Source: Macrostomum lignano
Taxonomy: Eukaryota
DNA length: 64,000 nucleotides
NCBI GenBank assembly: GCA_002269645.1
Contig: NIVC01000921.1
Location: 1 to 64,000 of the forward strand
Reading direction: 5' to 3'
The stretch's first letter is position 1, and every line of letters starts with the position of its first letter. Shown in pieces: positions 60,322-64,000 of this stretch. The translations under genes were made by a program, and so were the position numbers. The notes beneath the pieces are model-generated. The model saw nothing but the letters and a program-made list of their open reading frames with translations, ran no database searches and was not told the DNA's origin.

Positions 60322-62235
60322 CTATACCTATATTAATAGTTTGCGTACTATTCATATTAAAATCTTTCTTTTTATTAGAGGCCAAATTATAAAAGAAACA
60401 TTTATATAAGGGCCTATACCATATAGGCCCTAGTAATCAAATAGCCTTAGTATAGGTCTACTAATAATAATAATCTTATATGTTTGCAATTGCTTATCTG
60501 CCAAATAGCTCAACCAATTTTCAATATTTCTTTACCAAAATATGTCAAATGTGTCTAAATTGATATATAAATTTTAATGAGCTTTAGCTCATTGTTAAAA
60601 GGATTAAATATTCAAAAAAAACTATATCATAGGGGCTTTTTAGTATATTTGCTTCTAAGCTAAATTTAACTGCACATTCAAATATTAGCAATAAAACTAA
60701 AAAAAATATAAAGACAATAAAAACCTCCTTCTAAGAGGGGATATGTCTCCAGTGTCTCCTTTTTTAGATATATCCCTGTTGGCAAGACAATTACTTTATT
60801 TACATTGCATACCAATATGAGAAATGAGAAATGATTATTTGCTAGCTGGCAGACAGCTCTTTTTATAGCCTTAGCTAGTAACTAGCGCCTAGTTTTATAT
60901 ATTATTCTATTTTCTAAATTATCTTTGGTATAGGTTAATACTATACAAATGCCATATAACACACTATACATTACATTATTATAAGCTGAATAAAATATTG
61001 AGATAATCTTTACTTTTACTTCTCTAACATTTTAGTTTATTTATATTTTATGCTTAATTAAAAGAAAAAAGAAAAATTTATTGTATTTCCATTGTTCTAA
61101 ATGTTTTTTTCTAAATTCTAAATTTTATAATTAAATTAAAAGTACTAGATCCATACTGTCTAATACACTGGCCATTTTGATTGTGATATTAAACCTCCCT
61201 CAGCCACTAGGCCCTACCAAGGGAATTGGCTAGCCTAGCCTATCACTATCAATATATAGAAAAATTACTTAGGCCTAGCAAAAAACTTCTGCCTAATACA
61301 AAGCCAAAACATTAGTTATCGTTTATTTTTTATCTATTTAAAGATAAGGCCCTTACTATTTTTATTAAAAACTGTTTGTGCAGCAAATTTCTTGGTTCTT
61401 TAAACATAGATTGAAGGCCCCACACCCGAAATGTATCTAAATAATAAAATACTAGCCATTTCTATAGCAAAGAGTTAGTAAACACAAAATGTTTTTAGCT
61501 ATTATAATCAATTAATTTTCAACCGTGTCTCTAATATACTAATAGACCTATATATACCCTGTGACAGACAATAGAATTTTTGCTTGTTATTTCTTTTCGT
61601 CCATTGATTTAATTTTCTGTGCTTTTTATAAGCAATCGTAAAAATTTTAAACTAAAATATTTATAAAACCTCTTTTTAAAGAGTTTAAACGTTTAAATTT
61701 TTTTCTTTACTCATTGCTACTAATATATTGTAAAACTTTGTTGTATCTTTCTTGTCATAACGGTTGCGTTTTAAATTATTGATTCGAATTGTGTGTTACA
61801 AAAAGATTTTCGAAATAGAAATAGAATAGCTACCACCTGAAAGCCTGAGCTATTACCTGAAAGCATGAGCTACTAGCCTACTACCTGAAAGCCTGGGCTA
61901 CCACCTGAAAGCCTGAGCTACCACCTGAAAGCCTGAGCTACCACCTCAAAGCCTAGCTAAGCCACAATCTAAAAGGAACGATAATTGTCTCTCATTGCAG
62001 AACAGTTTGTTCAATTCTGGCAGCTTTAGCGTCAACTAGAATTTCTGGGTATTTCTGGTAGGGACGAGTGGAGTGTTTCTGGTAAGGACGAGTGGAGTGA
62101 TTCAGGTAGGGACGAGTGGAGTGATTTTGGTAGGGACGAGTGGAGTGATTCTGGAAAAGACAGAGAAGAATCTAAGGACTAAGTGTCAATAAAAGGTCGT
62201 ATTTGAGGCTGACAAGATGCGAGTTTCTCCCGCAG

Positions 62236-63349
62236 ATGAGCTCGAGCATGTACATGGAAAAGTTGTCAGGCTACGTGTACGGCGGTGCCAACTTTACAGC
62301 CATCCAGTTGAGACACTTCGGAAGCGAAAATTTTTCTGATGACGCCCAGGTGAGAAAACACAAATGATGAATAACGGATTGACTCGCTTTGAAAGCTGCA
62401 GTCACTTAAAGTGACTACAGTAAATAATTAATGGAACAGATCAGAAGTAGCTTATGAATTATCGCTGTTTGCTACAATTTTGCATGAACAGCCAGCAAAT
62501 AGGCCAATGCTCCCGTGAGACTGCTCACTCTGTCTGTGCTAATCGAAACTGAAATTGACGCTTCTCAGTGAGGGACTTATGACTGGTGTTTATTTCATTT
62601 GTTAGGCCAGGGGCTCTTAGAGGCTAACAAGCTTCACGGCTTGAATACGGAGACTTCTGACACTAACCTGACACTGACACCTTCGGGAAACAATGATTGG
62701 AACCATTTTCTTTAGAGCTTGAAACGAAGTACTGCAGTGAATAATAATTTCTGCTTCAGCTCGACCAGATACTTAATTCAGAGGCCGAACAGGTGCCGCA
62801 AGCTGCTTACCTGACCACCAAGTCGAGCGACAGGCCCGACGGCTCGAGCTCACAAGCTCGAAGCTTCACATAGTAGAAATCTTTTCAAGTTGTGAGCTAA
62901 CGGAAGTAAATTTTTAGTTGATTATAAAACTTCTTTTCACCTAAGCTTTAGAAAAAATCCAACTCAATGGCCCATTCAGACAGAAACTTTCTCTCTTGCA
63001 AATGCAATACAGGCTACTCATGTCAGTAGCAATAATAAAATACTCGTACAATCAGAAAAACAAACAATCATCTGTGCGAAAAGCTAACTGAAGAGATTTC
63101 GCACCTGCAAAAGGAGCAGTACTTGAGCAGCTCACCGAGCATTAGCTCAAGCGTTACAATGTCACCAAGCCGTGCAGCGAGCTGGCAGCCAACAAAACCG
63201 ACACCGGCGTATTCGGTGTCGACGCCGTCGGAGGCGTCTTCGTGGCCCCGCTAAGCGGCCTGTCCGCAGCTGTCTGTGTCTGCCTGTTGAAACTGTTAAT
63301 TCGGCTGACCTGAAGCTCCGACGTGAGCCGTCTGCTGTCTGTCTTAGTT

Positions 63350-63424
<75 letters not shown>

Positions 63425-63427
63425 TAG

Positions 63428-63512
<85 letters not shown>

Positions 63513-63657
63513 TAGTGTCTGTCTGTCTGTCTGTCTGTCTTAGTGTCTGTCTGTCTGTCTGTCTGTCCTGACTCTCCAGTCGTCAGCAACCACTTCAGCT
63601 GCCACGGAGCTGCTGCCGCCGCGGCAGAGACGAAGTTCGGACTTGCTGGCGAGCTGA
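62236..63657 (+). pseudogene. Degenerate ionotropic glutamate receptor-like exons
   Basis: Exon-like 62236-62349 (cgcag|...|gtgag) encodes YVYGGANFTAIQL, similar to the iGluR amino-terminal GGANxTGFQL motif. 63078-63313 encodes EKLTEEISHLQKEQYL / EQLTEH*LKRYNVTKPC...FGVDAVGGVFVAPLSGLSAAVCVCLL, similar to S2-end/M4, with a frameshift near 63124 and TAG at 63143-63145. Donor at 63323, acceptor at 63579, short tail exon to 63657. The intervening S1/M1-M3 exons were not found. Confidence 0.45.
63335..63570. repeat. (TCTG)n microsatellite between a donor (63323) and an acceptor (63579)
   Basis: Direct reading. Confidence 0.95.
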
Positions 63658-64000
63658 CTGGCAGATTCGAAGATATCGAAATCATTCATTGACTGGACAG
63701 GACAGGACAGGATCGTCATTATTGACAATATGAGAGCAATGCCCTTCGCTGACAAATCTCTAATGAAAATCAAATGCAATAAGCGAGTAAATTTTCATGA
63801 TTATCACCTTGATTTTTCTTGTGTTAGTACAAATAGCGAACAGAAAGGTCAGTACAGTAGGTAGCAGAGGGAGAGAAGTAAGTAGAGAGAAGAAGAGTAG
63901 CGAGAATCGGAAGAGGGAGACTAGCGGATAAAGAGGGGAGAGTAGCGAGGAGAGAAGGGAGAGTAGCGAAGAGAGAAGTGAGAGTAGCGAGGAGAGAAGT

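Noticed and set aside
63540-63779. Minus-strand ORF with a signal-peptide-like start
   Set aside because: It starts at a non-ATG codon and has no downstream in-frame exon. The splice sites around the microsatellite fit the plus strand better.

Overview
Eukaryotic (animal) genomic DNA, not prokaryotic: GT-AG introns, GC-rich exons, AT-rich spacers, and about 35 separate mini/microsatellite arrays that mostly fill introns. This style resembles a Macrostomum-like free-living flatworm, which is an inference and was not verified. Hand-built gene models, with exon phases checked: (+) a 5'-truncated ankyrin-WGR-PARP (16 exons, 213-11739); (+) an ANKS1-like SAM-SAM-PTB adaptor with no ankyrin exons found; (-) V-ATPase subunit F, PRPS-associated protein and a CED-6/GULP-like PTB adaptor; (+) an intronless orphan 434-aa ORF with a Cys4 motif; (-) FAIM, SmD3 and an intronless MPP8/MPHOSPH8-like chromodomain-ankyrin gene; (+) degenerate ionotropic glutamate receptor-like exons. 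Mobile DNA: two copies of a tRNA-headed CORE-like SINE, a 2.2-kb TG..CA element with a 4-bp TSD (probable solo LTR), a 649-bp MITE with an 8-bp TSD, and a hAT-like TIR element. Best leads: the invertebrate MPP8 (HUSH) homologue next to a same-sense solo LTR; a PARP1-clade enzyme with ankyrin repeats and unusual acceptor-site residues; and minus-strand gene clusters with splice acceptors 1-7 nt before the ATG (candidate SL trans-spliced operons). Family assignments come from remembered motifs; no database searches were run.
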